From Centroscyllium fabricii (taxonomy: Eukaryota), in contig JBNRSN020000007.1 of assembly GCA_051313645.2 (NCBI GenBank), positions 275,094,001 through 275,158,000 on the forward strand: 64,000 nucleotides of DNA. The letters run 5' to 3'. The position numbers were made by a program, and so were the translations under genes. Below are positions 36,996 to 50,506 of this stretch, one piece after another. Every line of letters starts with the position of its first letter. The first letter of the stretch is position 1. The notes beneath the pieces are model-generated. The model was not told the DNA's origin. It did not search any database and worked only from the letters and a program-made list of their open reading frames with translations.

Positions 36996-39047
36996 CCCCC
37001 TGGAGTATACCCATTAAATGTCCCCCAGCAATTTCAAGAACAATCTAATCGACCTTTCTTTACATTTTCCGCCTTTCCCCATTAAAAAAAGGTTCCATTG
37101 CAGATAAATGCACCTCAGTCAGTGCAAGAGGTTATCTTAAAACGTACGTGTGCAATGATTTCACTTTACTCAGAAGGTGTCTTATTGGCCAGACTCTGAT
37201 AGCTGCAGCGCGATTTTGCCTCAGTGAGTTTGGGGCACATCTTGTAATGTATCCTTCCCATCGCCGGACTTGTCAATTTCAGGTTAGTTGCAGACATGCA
37301 ATGACGTAGTAACCAATCTTTAATTTGTTTTACAGTCTGTTAAACGTTACCTAACTTCAGTTTTAAGTGAAATGGCCGCACTCAGAAGGGGGAACTCTCA
37401 TTTCATCTAGTCACAAAGTTAAAATTTGATCATTTTAACGCTGGAAACAAATTATTTCTGCCGATGCGCCGAGGGAATCGTGATTAATAGACTGGGATAT
37501 CATCACAACACTGTTGCGATATAATTGTCTCGGAGATGAGGAGAAAATGAACGCATTGTATGGCGATTGGTTGTGGTGTTTGTTGTCTCATGGTTAATAA
37601 TAACTGGCTCCTGACAGCAGACGTAAATTCAATTATATCGAAACAGCAAACAGTAAAATCCTCCTTTACTGGATTATTTTAATATAATTTAGATCGGGTC
37701 GATGATTGCATTAGCCGCGTCTGCTCCGTTTCAGGGCAACAATGCCTTGTGGAGCTCGCTGACTTGTGACGTGAGGGGGAGGCTTGCAGGGAGGGGCAAT
37801 CAAGTGAAAAGAAAATGTCAGCCTGTACTGTTTGTCTTCGACTGATAATGTAAATAGCTTCTTAATTAAAGGAGACAGAGAAACAGTATGTGTGTAAGTG
37901 TGTGTGTGAAAGAGACAGAGAGGATGTTGCTGTGATTAGAGTTAGTTGCTCGTTATTACAAGCAAAACGCAGCATTTATGTTTAACAGTGTGTGTTAAAC
38001 GAATGGGTTTTCAATGCCCGTGCACAAGAGCACGGTACACAAAGCTACAAGGGAGTTATATTAGGAGTGTTTTCCAAATTCCGAAATAAAGTTAAAAAAA
38101 ACATAGATTGCCATTCTAAATTGAATCAATAAGCATGTGTAAGATCGGTAGTAATTGCAGACAAGAATAATTCTATCACTTTTAACAAACTGATCACATG
38201 GTGTACATTTACAGATGTGATGTCATTAGTTTGCATAAGTTGAACATTCTGCGTGTATCTTTTGAAATTTACTTATTTTAGATCATAACTGCGAAATGAC
38301 AGGGTTCAGCTCATTTTGCTGACTTCAGTGACTCAAACAATCACACAAAAGGACTGACAATTTCAATTGGGAATCTGTTTTCCAGCAGTTCCATTTTACA
38401 TACGAATGTAATATTCATTTTCCTAAAGTTAATGCATATCCTGACGGGATCAACAGCAGTTGTGATAAGCCACATTTATATTTAATTATATATAATTGTG
38501 TTCAGCCCCGTTATCGCTGCTCAGCTGACTGATGTGACTTTTTAACAGTAGTAGTATATCCTTGAGTATGTATATTTAATTATATATAACGTTCTTGAAA
38601 TATAAATACCAGTTGATTTGTTGTACGATGGTAGATGTTATATTCGAAATTGTGTTTATGGTTTAAATAGAAAAGAAACGTTTTTATAGTGTGATATGTC
38701 ATATTAAATGTTTTAATTTGTTATACTTTTACAATGTCTCTGTATATTATTATTGAAGCCAACTTAATGTTTCTTTATTATTCTAACAAAACGGTTACAA
38801 ATAACTGATCTGGTGTGTTGAGTCTGGTCAATGTGGCAAGTTACCGACTTTAGATAAAGTTTCTGTGTAAATACTCGACGAAAATAATATAAACCATATG
38901 GCTACAGTTTAATAGTAAATATTGAAGCTATGTATTTGTAGCTGAAATAAAAGGTTGGCATGAACCTATTGTTAAAATAAGCAGAATGTCTACATTGTCA
39001 ATCCCACAGTGTACTGGATTTTAGTCCGCTCCACGATGACTCACTGT

Positions 39048-39541
39048 CAATTCAATTCAATTCAAGTTTTATTGTCATTGCAGAGTACTAGTACAATACA
39101 ACGAGACGAAGACTCGACTCTCCCGAGAGTAGTGCAAATAAATTACATACAAATTGCATACAGTAAAGTACATTATCAGGCGTGCAGGTACCGGAGTTTA
39201 TTTTTAGAGTTCAGGAGGCTGACAGCCCTGGGGAAGAAGCTGTTCTGAAATCTAGTCGTGCGGGTGCGAATTGATCTGTAGCGTCTCCTGGAGGGCAGGG
39301 GGGTGAACAGACTGTGGCTGGGGTGTGTGGGGTCTTTAATAATGTTCAGAGACCTCCGTAAGCAGCGTTTGAGGTAGATGCTTTCCATTGACAGTAGCTG
39401 GGTACCGGTGATTCGTTGGGCAGTTTTGACTACCCGCTGCAGGGTTTTCCGGTCCGAGATAGTGCAATTTCCATACCAGACAGTGATGCAGCTTGTCAGT
39501 ATGCTTTCTATTGTGCAGCGGTAGAAGTTGGAGAGGATGTC
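39048..39541 (-). mobile_element. Rex1/Babar LINE 3' fragment
   Basis: Near-identical to 1396-1910. Confidence 0.85.
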
Positions 39542-39543
39542 GG

Positions 39544-39935
39544 TGTAGTTCTCGTTCAATTCCCTCACTCTCTGAATGAGATCTCGGTCGGAGGGCCGTT
39601 CTCTGTTTAGGATATCAATCTCTACTGGTGAAACTTTTTTTTGCACTGGTCTTCTTGAGATCTTTCTCGTCGTAAAACACGACTTCTGAATAACTTAGGA
39701 AAAGTTACTGGCCGGCCAGCTGAGGGCACCAACCAGGGAGTATAAATACTGGGGCCTGGGCCCACTTTGGACAGAGACAATCTGGAACCAGGAAGCTAGT
39801 GACTGTAAACTAGCTCTCTCTCTCTTTATGTTGTGTTATAAGTTGAATGAAGCCTTGCTTTATATCCACCAAGAGCTTAGTAAGTTTGTACTGCGTCATT
39901 TCTCACTCTATATAAACAGGTCACAGATTACTACT
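39544..39935 (+). mobile_element. Possible solo LTR
   Basis: TGTAGT...ACTACT termini, TATAAATA, degenerate poly(A) signal; no clear TSD. Confidence 0.4.
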
Positions 39936-40442
39936 TGAGGTCTTACTCTCAGAAGATGTTTGTATGTTGAGTTAATCTGAGTGGGTAAGACTGTAGAAAG
40001 GGTCTTTGGGTGTCCAGGTTTCTGTATAGAAACTCACATGCTCCTGACAGGTGCATGGCCTTCACTCCAATTGTAAGGGCTTTTGTATCATGCCTCACCC
40101 TCTATCTGGGTTCTCACTTTTTTATTGGTTTCTGTATGAGGCCACATTCTTGGACTCACACATTACATATAGGTATCCCATGCGTTCACATTATTTATGT
40201 AAGGTATCTCTATGTAGATTCACTCTCTGTTCTCTGAATGAGGTCACTCTATATCAGTGTCTTTATGTGGTCTCATTCCCTATATAGTCTGTATGGTGTC
40301 TCTCTCGATTGGGGTCTGTATTGGGTCCCAAGTTTTGTTGCTGGTGTCAGTAGGGATCCTATTCTCAGCACTGGTCTCTGTAGGTGGTCCCTCTCTTTGT
40401 ATTGGTTTCTCTATGCGCGAGAGTCTTTGCGATTCAGATTTG

Positions 40443-40683
40443 GCTACAGATCAATTCGCACCCGCATGACTAGATTTAAGAACAGCTTCTTCTCCAGGGC
40501 TGTCAGCCTCCTGAACTCGAACAAAAAACTCCAGTATTTGCACACCTGATATGTACTTTACTGTATGCAATTGTATGTAACTTATTTGCACTACTCTCGG
40601 GAGCAGTGAGTCTTTGTTTCATTATATTGTACTAGTACACTGCAATGACAATAAATTTGAATTTGAATTTTGAATTTTGAATT
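40443..40683 (+). mobile_element. Rex1/Babar 3' end (further tail copy at 48217-48361)
   Basis: YRSIRTRMTRFKNSFFSRAVSLLN plus 3' UTR and tail. Confidence 0.8.
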
Positions 40684-40799
40684 CTATCAGAAAGAGGGAG
40701 AGCCATCCATCTAGGAACTGGAAAAATCTCCTGATTGCTCATATGGCCAGTCTTCCCCTATCTACATGGGCTTTCTAACTGTATCCTTATCTCTACTGG

Positions 40800-40950
40800 G
40801 CCTCTCTGTATCGGTGTCTGTATGGGGGTCTCACTCTCTGTATTGGTGTCTGTATGGGGGTCTCACTCTCTGTATCGGTGTCTGTATGGGGGTCTCACTC
40901 TCTGTATTGGTGTCTGTATGGGGGTCTCACTCTCTGTCCTATTGTCTGTA
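40800..40950. repeat. 32-34-bp minisatellite core (TCTCTGTATYGGTGTCTGTATGGGGGTCTCAC)
   Basis: About 4 near-perfect copies; decayed copies at ~39950-41900, 47270-48570 and ~49200-49330. Confidence 0.85.
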
Positions 40951-41417
40951 TGGAGTCTCAACCTCTACTGGTGACGTTATAGGGTCTATCTCTATATTGG
41001 AGTCTGTATAGGGTCCCACCCTCTGTCACTAGTGTCTGACTGGAGTCTGACTGTCCACTAGTCTCTGTATGGGGTCTCTTTCTCTCTCTGTTTTGGTGTC
41101 TGTATGGAGTCTTTCTATTCTTGTTTCTTTATGGGGATTCACTCCCATTGTTGGTGTCTGTACTGGCTTTCTCTTGTTATTGATGCCTATGGGCTCAATC
41201 TCTCTGTCAGGAGTCTCTCTATATAGACTACAACATGCAGCCTGACTACCTGTATCTATGTATGAGATCTCACTATTGTCTGCATTGGAGTCTATTTCAC
41301 GTTATTAGTGTCTATTGGGGTTTTACACTACTGGTGTCTGTATGGAGGACTCAATCTTTGGATAGGTGTCTACATGTGGTATTTCTGAATTGCTGGATAG
41401 GGTTTCTCTATAGTGGT

Positions 41418-41622
41418 CGATACCAAAATACTGCAGATGCTGGAAATCCAAAACAACAACAGAAAATGCTGGAAAAACTCAGCAGTTCAGGCAGCATCAG
41501 TGGAGAGAAACACAGAGTCAACGTTTTGGGGAGTTCCCTTTATCGACTACCCGAAACGTCGACTCTGTGTTTCTCTCCACCGATGCTGCCTGAACTGCTG
41601 AGTTTTTCCAGCATTTTCTGTT
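41418..41622. mobile_element. Palindromic mini-PLE, family B
   Basis: Inverted arms; TSD TTTCTCTATAGTGGT. Confidence 0.75.
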
Positions 41623-42152
41623 TTTCTCTATAGTGGTGTCTGTTTAGGGTCACCCATTATTAGTATATGTATGCAGTTTCTGAAATGGGTTCTGTACAGG
41701 GTCTTCCTTTGTATTGGTGTCTTTACGGTGACTTAAGTTTCTGCAGCAATCTCTATAAGGGCTTTCCACTTCATATTGCTGCCTGAATAGGGTTTAGCTC
41801 TCTCTTTTTGTGTCTTATTAGTGTCTTTCTTTCTATATTAGTGTCTGTATGAGGCTTCTTTCTGTATTGGTGCTTGTATAGGGTCTTACTTAATACTGTA
41901 GTTGGACTTTCCTCTGATTATTGCTCATTTTGGGGTGCATTTGTGGCAATAAATGGAATAAAATAGGGCTGTGATGCTTCATGCCTACTCCCTGAAGAAT
42001 ACTGCTTCAATATTGCACCAAATTATCCTCTTAAAACAATCGCCAGTCCTCTTTAAGAACTGTCAGGGGTCCATCCTGCTGCATTTAAATGGGTCTCTGA
42101 CCCATTTTCTTCAACTTCCACCCCAAACTATTACTACCATTATTAAGTGGTA

Positions 42153-43047
42153 ATCATAGAATCATAGAATCGCCACAGTGCAGATAGAGGTCATTTCAGC
42201 CCATCGAGCCTGCACCGACACATATTCCCACCCTATCCCCGTAACCCCACATAAGGCAAGATGGTGGCGCGTGTACACGCAGTGGCTTTGCATCTCCGGA
42301 GGTAACGCTGTCCGCTGCAGTTCTGGGTCTGTTCGCTCGGAGAGGATGGCATGGTCGGCGAGGTGGTGTACCGGGGTTGGCGCGGCGGAGTTATCGGAGC
42401 ACCGGGGTGTCTGCGGTCGGAGTATCAGGGGCGCACTGAGGCCGGCATGGTAGGAGCGCCGAGGCCTTGAGGACTGAGTGTTTGGAGCCGGAGCCTGCGT
42501 GGTCGCTGAGGTCGGAGCACCGGGCCCTGCGTGGTTGGAGCGTCGGGGCCGAGGTCGGAGCGCCGGGCCCTGCGTGGTTGGAGCGCCGGGGCCTTGGTCA
42601 CCGAGGTCAGTGCGCCGGAGCCTGCGTGGTCGTGGCGCTGGAGGTTGGCGAGTTCGTAGTGCCGGGGCCTGCATGGTTGGAGCACCGGGACCGTCATGAA
42701 ATGGAACAGACTGGGACTTCAGTAGGGGACATTTTAACATCTGCGTTGTTCTTGGGGGTTTGGCAAGAACTACATTTCGTTGTATGGTGTTTGTTCGCTA
42801 TACAATGACAACTAAATTGAATCTTGAATCTATTCAATCCCCCTAACACTAAGGGTCAATTTATCATGGCCAATCAACCTAACCCGCACATCTTTGGACT
42901 GTGGGAGGAAACCGGAGCACCCGGAGGAAACCCACGCAGACACGGGTAGAATGTGCAAACTCCACACAGATAGTCACCCGAGGCCGGATTTGAACCCGGG
43001 CCCCTGGCGCTGTGAGGCAACCGTGCTAACCACTATGCCACCGTGCC
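42153..43047 (-). mobile_element. V-SINE split by a ~580-bp insertion
   Basis: 42153-42253 and 42831-43047 are contiguous SINE parts. Confidence 0.85.
42254..42830 (+). mobile_element. Non-autonomous retroposon with internal GC-rich tandem repeats and a Rex1-like tail
   Basis: Begins CAAGATGGTGGCG; GGAGCGCCGGGCCCTGCGTGGT repeats; ends AATGACAACTAAATTGAATCTTGAATC. Confidence 0.55.
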
Positions 43048-43489
43048 GTAATGGGAGCACCAATAAGCTTAGGGTTAGGATTAAGACAGATACCATTGGA
43101 GGTGTCCATTTTCTTTGCTGATATTGAAGTGTTGGTGTTACTCAGCAGCATATTGACCAGTTTGGTGCTTTGGAGGTTCTGTCAGGACCTTTGCTGCTAT
43201 TTATAGTTGTGCTGTAAAAAGTACAGCTTTGGACTGGGACATGGAATGAAGAGCAGGAAGATGATGAAATGGAAGAGGCCAGGCTGTTTGCTCTCAGAGT
43301 GAGGCATCACAGAAGATGTTTGTTGCCTACATATAGATACACACTCACTACAGCTTACAGATCAACAAGGGTCTCACTTAGACTGTATCTCAGAAAGCTG
43401 TACTGCCCCCAAATCCTATTGGGGAATATGTCAATTGTTGGCTGAAGACCTGAAGGCCTTTCCCACAGCATTTCCTGTTCCTGTCTAGG

Positions 43490-43900
43490 TTACCACTGCC
43501 TTTAATTTGTTTGCAACTGGATCCTCCCAGGCAGCATCTGGTGATCTTTGTCACATTAGTCAGTTAACATGTTACATGATTATCATGGTCACTAATGCTC
43601 ATTCAAGAGGGCTGCACAAATTATATACTTTCCAATGGAACCAGAGAAAGAGCGAGAGCTATTTAGTCCTACAGATTAGCAGAGTTCCACAGATACAAGG
43701 AGCAACTGACAGAATCCATTCAAAGCCCCATTTGATAACCCCCCTCAATTTTATGCACAGAAAAACATATAATTCTATTAATGTGATTCTAGTGTGCAAT
43801 GTCAATCACCTTATTCTGCATGAGTACCCAATACGCAGGAAGCTATCATGACAAATTCTTCATGTGACAAGCTGCCATAGCTGTCATCATGACTCAAAGC
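43490..43900 (+). pseudogene. Harbinger (HARBI1-like DDE) transposase remnant
   Basis: LNLFATGSSQAASGDLCHISQ...PQIQGATD...HRKTYNSINVILVCN resembles Harbinger motifs FATGSFQ / VQGAIDCTH / NRKGFHSINVQ. Confidence 0.8.
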
Positions 43901-43909
43901 CACGCATGC

Positions 43910-44313
43910 ATAGAAACATAGAAACATAGAAGATAGGAGCAGGAGTAGGCCATTCGGCCCTTCGAGCCTGCTCCGCCAATCAATGAGATCATGGCTGATC
44001 ATCCAAACTCAGTACCCCATCCCTGCCTTGTCCCCATATCCCTCGATCCCTGTTGAAACTGCACTGACACATATCCCACCCTATCCCCATAACCCCCACA
44101 TATTTAATCCCCCTAACACTAAGGGTCAATTTATCCTGGCCAATCAACCTAACCCACACATCTTTGGACTGTGGGAGGAAACCGGAGCACCCGGAGGAAA
44201 CCCACACAGACACGGGGAGAATGTGCAAACTCCACACAGATAGTACCCGAGGCTGGATTTGAACCCGGGTCTCTAGTGCTGTAAGGCAACAGTGCTAACC
44301 ACTATGCCACCGT
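43910..44313 (-). mobile_element. V-SINE, full length, long tail
   Basis: Head, V-domain and CR1 tail. Confidence 0.9.
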
Positions 44314-46479
44314 GTGGATGGTTGCTTCATAATGAGGGCAAATTATGCCAATAAGTCTTCCACAGACAGAGTGAGACAACAGATATAATAAAGGCCATGC
44401 AATTATAAGAAATATCATTGAGCAGACTATAGCCATTTACAAGTCTAATTTTAGGTGCTGGGATAAATCTGTTGAAGCTATGCAATAAAGCCCAACCTGT
44501 GATCCAGAATCTTTGCGGCTTGCTGCATTCCACGTAATATCAGAAAGAAGAAAGGTGTGCTGCATCCAGAAGCAGAAGAAGATGATGATGTAGATAGGAG
44601 GGTGAGCACGTCCACCATCCCCACAGCGTGGGATAGGTGCACTGGAAGGGGAGAAGGTGAACCAAGACTGCCAGCAACCAGAGAAAGGACATAACTTCTA
44701 GCGCAGTGCATTCAATGAATAGAGGTTGACACAGCAAATAAAAGCATTTCACATCTACCCATTTTCCTCCAACATCCTTTACGATGTCCCTTACTGTCAA
44801 AGAATTCTGTCAGTTTCCTTCATCAGACAGAAGTTCAAAGAAACCCATGCCATCATTCTACTCCAAAACATTGCAATGCAATGGTACACAGAAATGAACT
44901 CAGAATGCAATGTGCCCAAGCCATATTTACTTTCCTTAACACTGTGTCCACCATTTGTGCCATCTAATTTCCTAGGTTAAGCTCCTAGTCCACTAGTTTT
45001 ACAAGGTATTCCCTGAGTGAGATGAGATTTGAGTGGCTGCTGGCTGGGCTGGTTCCCTTGGAGTCTTAGAGGTCTTTTTTTTAGCCTATATAAATGCAAG
45101 TTGTTGTTGTTGTAGAAAGAAGCAGGTTCAATACCACTATCTGGAGAGACAACAACATCTACAATCAATCCTTACAGCTCACTGATGCTGGGCAAAGGCT
45201 CAGATATGCTATTGGCAAGTGTCATTACAGACAGAATTGTCTCAATCAGGTTTTGGAAGCCCTGTGTAAATGTGGCATTCAGGCTGACCCACAAAGCATC
45301 TATGGAAGCAATGGAAGTTATCACTCCAGAAGCCACCAATGTCTTTGCTACATCCTCCTTGACCTCTTTGACCATCACTCTCTCCAGGTTGTTTTGCAGG
45401 TCATGAGAAAGTTCCTGCAATGTGCTGCTGATGAGGGTAGTGAACTCCTCCCGCTTGTCAACCGTATGTGTAGAACCCATCTCTGCCACCTCCACATGTG
45501 GTTGATCTCCCTAATTGTAGCTCTTTTGAAAACTGAACATTTGAGATTTGGATCCCCAGGCTGCTCATGAAGGGAGGTTGTCTCTCAACCTTCCGTGGAG
45601 AAATGACACTCTTCCTTTCTTCCACTTCCAGGTCTTCATTCTCATTGCTTCATTCAGTGAACAACTTCTGGCTCCCCAACTACTTCCTCCAGAGCGATTG
45701 GCTCTGCTCTGATGTCGCAGCAAATAAGATGCCATGATGGCGGTGGTAATGAAGTGGCAGTGGTTGAAGATCTGGCCATGGTGACTAATTCTGCTCTGGA
45801 CATGCCTATGTGGTCACTGGAGTGGTTGGCCTCTTCCTACAAGGCATCCGCAATGATGTGAATCACAGAAGAATCTGTTTAGCTGTGCTAACTCTAGCAT
45901 ATCCCCTTGAAGAAATAGTGTTTAGATGTTAAGACAATGCGAAACTTTTGAGTAAGCATATAAAACTACCCATGATGAGCATTTCCTAGCTTTTGCCAAC
46001 TTTCTGTTGCCACCTCACGTCCAAGCTCACCACCTTCTGCAGCTTCTCATGATTCACTGCCTCTGATTTCCAGCATTCCCTGCTCATGCAAACTCAGGGC
46101 TTTCAGTAATGTGCTCCCTCCCTGATTCCCTTTCTCCGACACTGGTTATGGGCCAGCTATTCCTTTGGAGGGAGAGAAAACAATGCTCAAGGCATATGAG
46201 TGGCATAGACGCTTCCCCATGTGAGTGTCTGCATCCATGATGATGAGAGGTGGAGGTGTGTTGTCCCTTTAAATGAAGTCTACTTGAAGACTTGCAGACG
46301 CTCTTGTGGCATGCACAGTGAGCTGCCAGAGTGATTCTGAGTAAAGATGGTGCTTGAGTGTTTTCAGAGGTTTGCTTTTGCATAAGCGAGTTTCCCTGAC
46401 ACCCAGCTGCTGACAGAGTAGAGATGCATGAAGGCTGTATGAGCGGTAGAAGATGTGAATTGGCAAGAATGCTTTGACT

Positions 46480-46950
46480 TCCCTTGGCTACCTTTGAGCG
46501 GTCATTGATGCTCGTCCTGCACTGTATAGAATCATAGAATCCCGACAGTGCAGATAGAGGCCATTTCGGCCCATCGAGCCTGCGCCGACACATGTCCCAC
46601 CCTATCCCCTTAACCCCCACATATTCAATCCCCCTAACACTAAGGGTCAATTTATCCTGGCCAATCAACCTAACCCTCACATCTTTGGACTGTGGGAGGA
46701 AACCGGAGCACCCGGAGGAAACCCACGCAGACACGGGGAGAATGTGTAAACTTCACACAGATAGTACCCGAGGCCGGATTTGAACCCGGGCCCCTGGCGC
46801 TGTGAGGCAACAGTGCTAACCACGGTGCCACCGTGCCACCCTTGTATAGTTCTTGCAGTGGTGGAGATTGCACCGAAAACTTCTGGCACCTCATTCCTTA
46901 CAGCTTGAATGACCATGTCATGAGGTTTCCGGCCTGTCATGCCCAATAGC
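46480..46950 (-). pseudogene. Harbinger ORF2 Myb/SANT remnant split by a V-SINE
   Basis: EVPEVFGAISTTART then QCRTSINDRSKVAK across the SINE; TGTATAG duplicated on both sides; coiled-coil-like remnant at 45172-45495. Confidence 0.6.
46526..46838 (-). mobile_element. V-SINE, full length, short tail
   Basis: Matches 6233-6541. Confidence 0.9.
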
Positions 46951-48754
46951 CTATCCCTTCTAGCCCAACTTCAGTTAGCAACACATCCATGGGTGTCTCC
47001 GAAAATCTTGGAGTCATGTCTGCTGCTGACTCCAGTCCCCTCCCTCCTCCAAGGATGCTGCTTCTTAAGACAGCTGGCTCTCTCTAATGCTGGGAAACTG
47101 ATGACACCTTTAACTGGCTCTAAACCATATTAGGAGCCGTATTACCACTCCAAACTTGCTCTGCATAGCAAATGAGGGCCCTAGGAGGAAGGTATAGTGG
47201 GCTAGCGATGGGGGCAGTAGTCTTGCTCAGCTGCCAAACTACCAATGGGAGGAGAATCCAGTCGCCAATGTCTGTAAGGAGTCTTGCTCTATGTATTCAT
47301 TCTGTATGGAGTCTTACTTGATGTACTAGAGTCTGTATGGGGTCTTACTATCTGTTTTGGTGTTTGTATAGGGCATCTCTCTCTCTCTCTCTATTTGTGT
47401 TTGTATGACATCTCACTCTCTATCCTTGTGTCATGATGGGGTCTCCATCTCTGCAATGGTGACTGGGTTTTTCTACATTGGTGTCCGTATGGGGTGTTAT
47501 TTTCTCTACTGCTGTCACTATGGAGTCTCCTTCCTTGTACTGATGTCTGAATCTCACTGTCTGTACTCGTGTCTTTCTATGTATTGCTGTTTCTATGAGT
47601 TATCTCTTTATATAATGGTGTCAACATGGTGTATCTCTGTAGTGTCGGTATGGAGTCTCACTATCTATTGGTATTTGTATGAGGTTTCTACTCATCTGCA
47701 GACTTGGGGCCAGCTTCTCTGTTTGAATTGGTGACTGTGTGATATCTCTTTCTGTACTGATGTCTGTAGGTGGTCTATTTCTCTCTTTTGGTGTTTGTAT
47801 GGAGACTGTCTCAATGCTGGTGTCTGTTAGAAGTCTCTCTTTCTGTTTCAGTGTATGTTTGTGTTATTTCTCTGTATTGATACCTTTGTGGGTTGACACT
47901 GGCTTGGTATCTGAATATAACAAATCAAATTTATATAAAGCCTTTAATGTAGGAAAATGTCCCAAGGTGCTTCACAGGAGCGTAATCAGACAAAATATGA
48001 CAACAAGCCACAGGAGGAGACATTAGGACGAGTGACTAAAAGCTTGGTCATTGAGGTAGGTTTTAAGTAGGGAGTAGGACTTCATTCTTTCTACTGGTGT
48101 CAGTATGTTGCACTCCCTATGTTGGTGTGTGCATGGCATGTTACTCTCTGTACTTCTGTATGTATGGAGCCTCATTTTATTGGTATTTCTATGGAGCGTT
48201 ACTGTCTGTATTGGATCACCTGAAATGTACTTTACTGTATGCAATTGTATGTAACTTATTTGCACTACTTTCGGGAGCGGCGAGTCTTCGTTTCATTGTA
48301 TTGTACTAGTACTCTGCAATGACAATAAAATTTGAATTGAATTGAATTGAATTGAATTGAATATTTGGAATCTATTTGTATTGGAGTCTATATGGGGTCT
48401 TTCTCTCTCTCTGTATTGTTATCTATGGGTCACTCTTTCTGTGTTGGTATCTGTATGGAGTTTCTCAGAGACCTTACTGTCTGTATGGGGTCTCTCACTC
48501 TCTCTGTGCTACTGTCTGTAAGGCTCTGACTCACTGTGCTGGTGTCTTTGTGAAGGTTCCCTTCTCTGTATTAAGAGCAAGCCTTTGGCTTCGTCATCAT
48601 ATTCCCACCTTCGAGCTAGAAAGTGCAGGGTTCAAACCCTACCCAGACAGTCTTGGTAAGTGGAGACTGGAGTTTCCAACTCTGAATTTGGCATTGGTAA
48701 CCAGTGGGATACTGATTGTATGGGTTGTGGAAGTCCATAACAACCTCCTGCCAT

Positions 48755-49035
48755 AGAGAGACTTGCATTTATATAGCGCCTTTCATGACCTCCGGACGCC
48801 CTGAAGCGCTTTACAGCCAATTAAGTACTTTTTGAAGTGTTGTCACTGCAGTAATGTAGGAAATATGACAGCCAATTTACACACAGCAAGATCCCACAAA
48901 CAGCAATGGGATAGTGACCAGATAATCTGTTTTTAGTGATGTTGATTGAGGGATAAATATTGGCCAGGACACTGGGGATAACTCCCCTGCTCTTCTTCAA
49001 ACTAGTGCCTTGGGATCTTTTACGTCCACCTGAGA
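48755..49035 (-). mobile_element. DeuSINE/SacSINE1-like fragment (short related copy at 50380-50490)
   Basis: Matches 2878-3090. Confidence 0.75.
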
Positions 49036-49851
49036 GAGAATTAGCTACTAAGATGGTTGCAGCCATGGAAGGAGCATTCATATTCTGGTCTGTCAGACTG
49101 TTAATCATTCTACAAATCCTTCCACTATGTCAGACAGTTCTCCGAGGAAAGAGAGTGAAGATACAACAACAACTCGCTGTATTGCTGTTTCCCTGGATTC
49201 TCCCTCTCTGTATTGCTGACTATTTATACTCAGCCTCTGTGCTGGTATCTGAATGATGTTTCATTCTCTGTGCTGTATCTATATGATATCTCCCTCTCTG
49301 TCTCGCCGCTCTATGGGATGTCTGTATCTTCACACTGTATAGATCGGATAACTTCCCCGCATCTTTGCCGTGATATATACTGATCAAATAAACAGGCCAG
49401 CTTTTATCAAATGGACCGAAACCAAGCACGTCGGAGAAAGCAAATACACTTCAAAAGTGAAAGGCTTCTTTGGTGGCCTCTATCCGTTTGATTTTAAGCT
49501 GTAAACAGACACATTTTAAGCAATCCCTATTCCTAGGACAGTGAAAAATGTCTGTTGTAACTCTCTGTCGGTGTTGGGATCTAAAGGAGTCAACTATCTT
49601 TGAAAAGAAAGAGATTTTATATTTCAAAAAAAACCTATATGTCTATCTGTCTATTCCTTCCGCTGTTCTGAGTGGGCGGCGAAGAGCCGAGGTTATCTCT
49701 CCTTCAGGGAGCAACTCTGCTGGTCTTCACAGACCGTGCTGGGAAAGACTTCACCAGCCCCACATTCACTGGCCCGACAGATACCTCCCAATTTCCAGAA
49801 CATCCCCATTTGAAGTTTGAAGATGTGCTTTGTCCTCCTCTTGTGATTATA

Positions 49852-50094
49852 ATGTGGAGGTGCCGGTGTTGGACTGGGGTGGACAATTGCAAGAAGTCAC
49901 ACAACACCAGGTTATAGTCCAACAGTTTTATTTTAAATCACAAGCTTTCGGAGCGTCTGCCCCTTCGTCAGGTGATAAAGAACCTTAAGTTCTTTCTTTC
50001 TCTTCTTTCACCTGAGGAAGAAGCAGACGCTCCGAAAGCTTGTGATTTAAAATAAAACCGTTGGACTATAATCTGGTGTTGTGTGACTTCTTGC
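49852..50094. mobile_element. Palindromic mini-PLE, family A
   Basis: Inverted arms plus tail; TSD CTCTTGTGAT. Confidence 0.85.
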
Positions 50095-50506
50095 TCTTGT
50101 GATGGTCTCTGTAAATCATGCACTTCCGCTTCCCAGGCAGCCGGTTCGCATATACCTTTGGTTTACCGTTGGGTCCTGACCAAGAACAAAATACAAATCT
50201 TTGGTTGTGTTTTAATTTTAGGATAAAGACGTGACTTAATGATGTTAGCGAATTCAAACTGTTCGCCCTACTGATTTATGCACCACCATCACACCGCTTC
50301 CAGAAACCCGCTGGGCGTTGGAATAGAGCGCCAGTTCTAGAAATAGCCAAGTTACCCCGAAAGGACTCGGCGATATAATAGAAAGACTTGCATTTATATA
50401 GCGCCTTTCACGACCACCGGACGTCTCAAAGCGCTTTACAGCCAATTAAGTAATTTTGGAGTGTAGTCATTGTTGTAATGTGGGAAACAGGATTAAAAAA
50501 AATATA

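Larger units (their letters stand above)
41901..47262. mobile_element. Decayed autonomous PIF/Harbinger transposon with nested SINEs
   Basis: Transposase remnant (+) and Myb/SANT ORF2 remnant (-) in convergent layout; degenerate TIRs GTTGGACTTTCCTC / GAGGAGAATCCAGTC; the minisatellite resumes on both sides; ends are approximate. Confidence 0.6.

Noticed and set aside
42162-42808. Long Pro/Arg/Ala-rich ORFs
   Set aside because: A by-product of GC-rich tandem repeats that lack stop codons.
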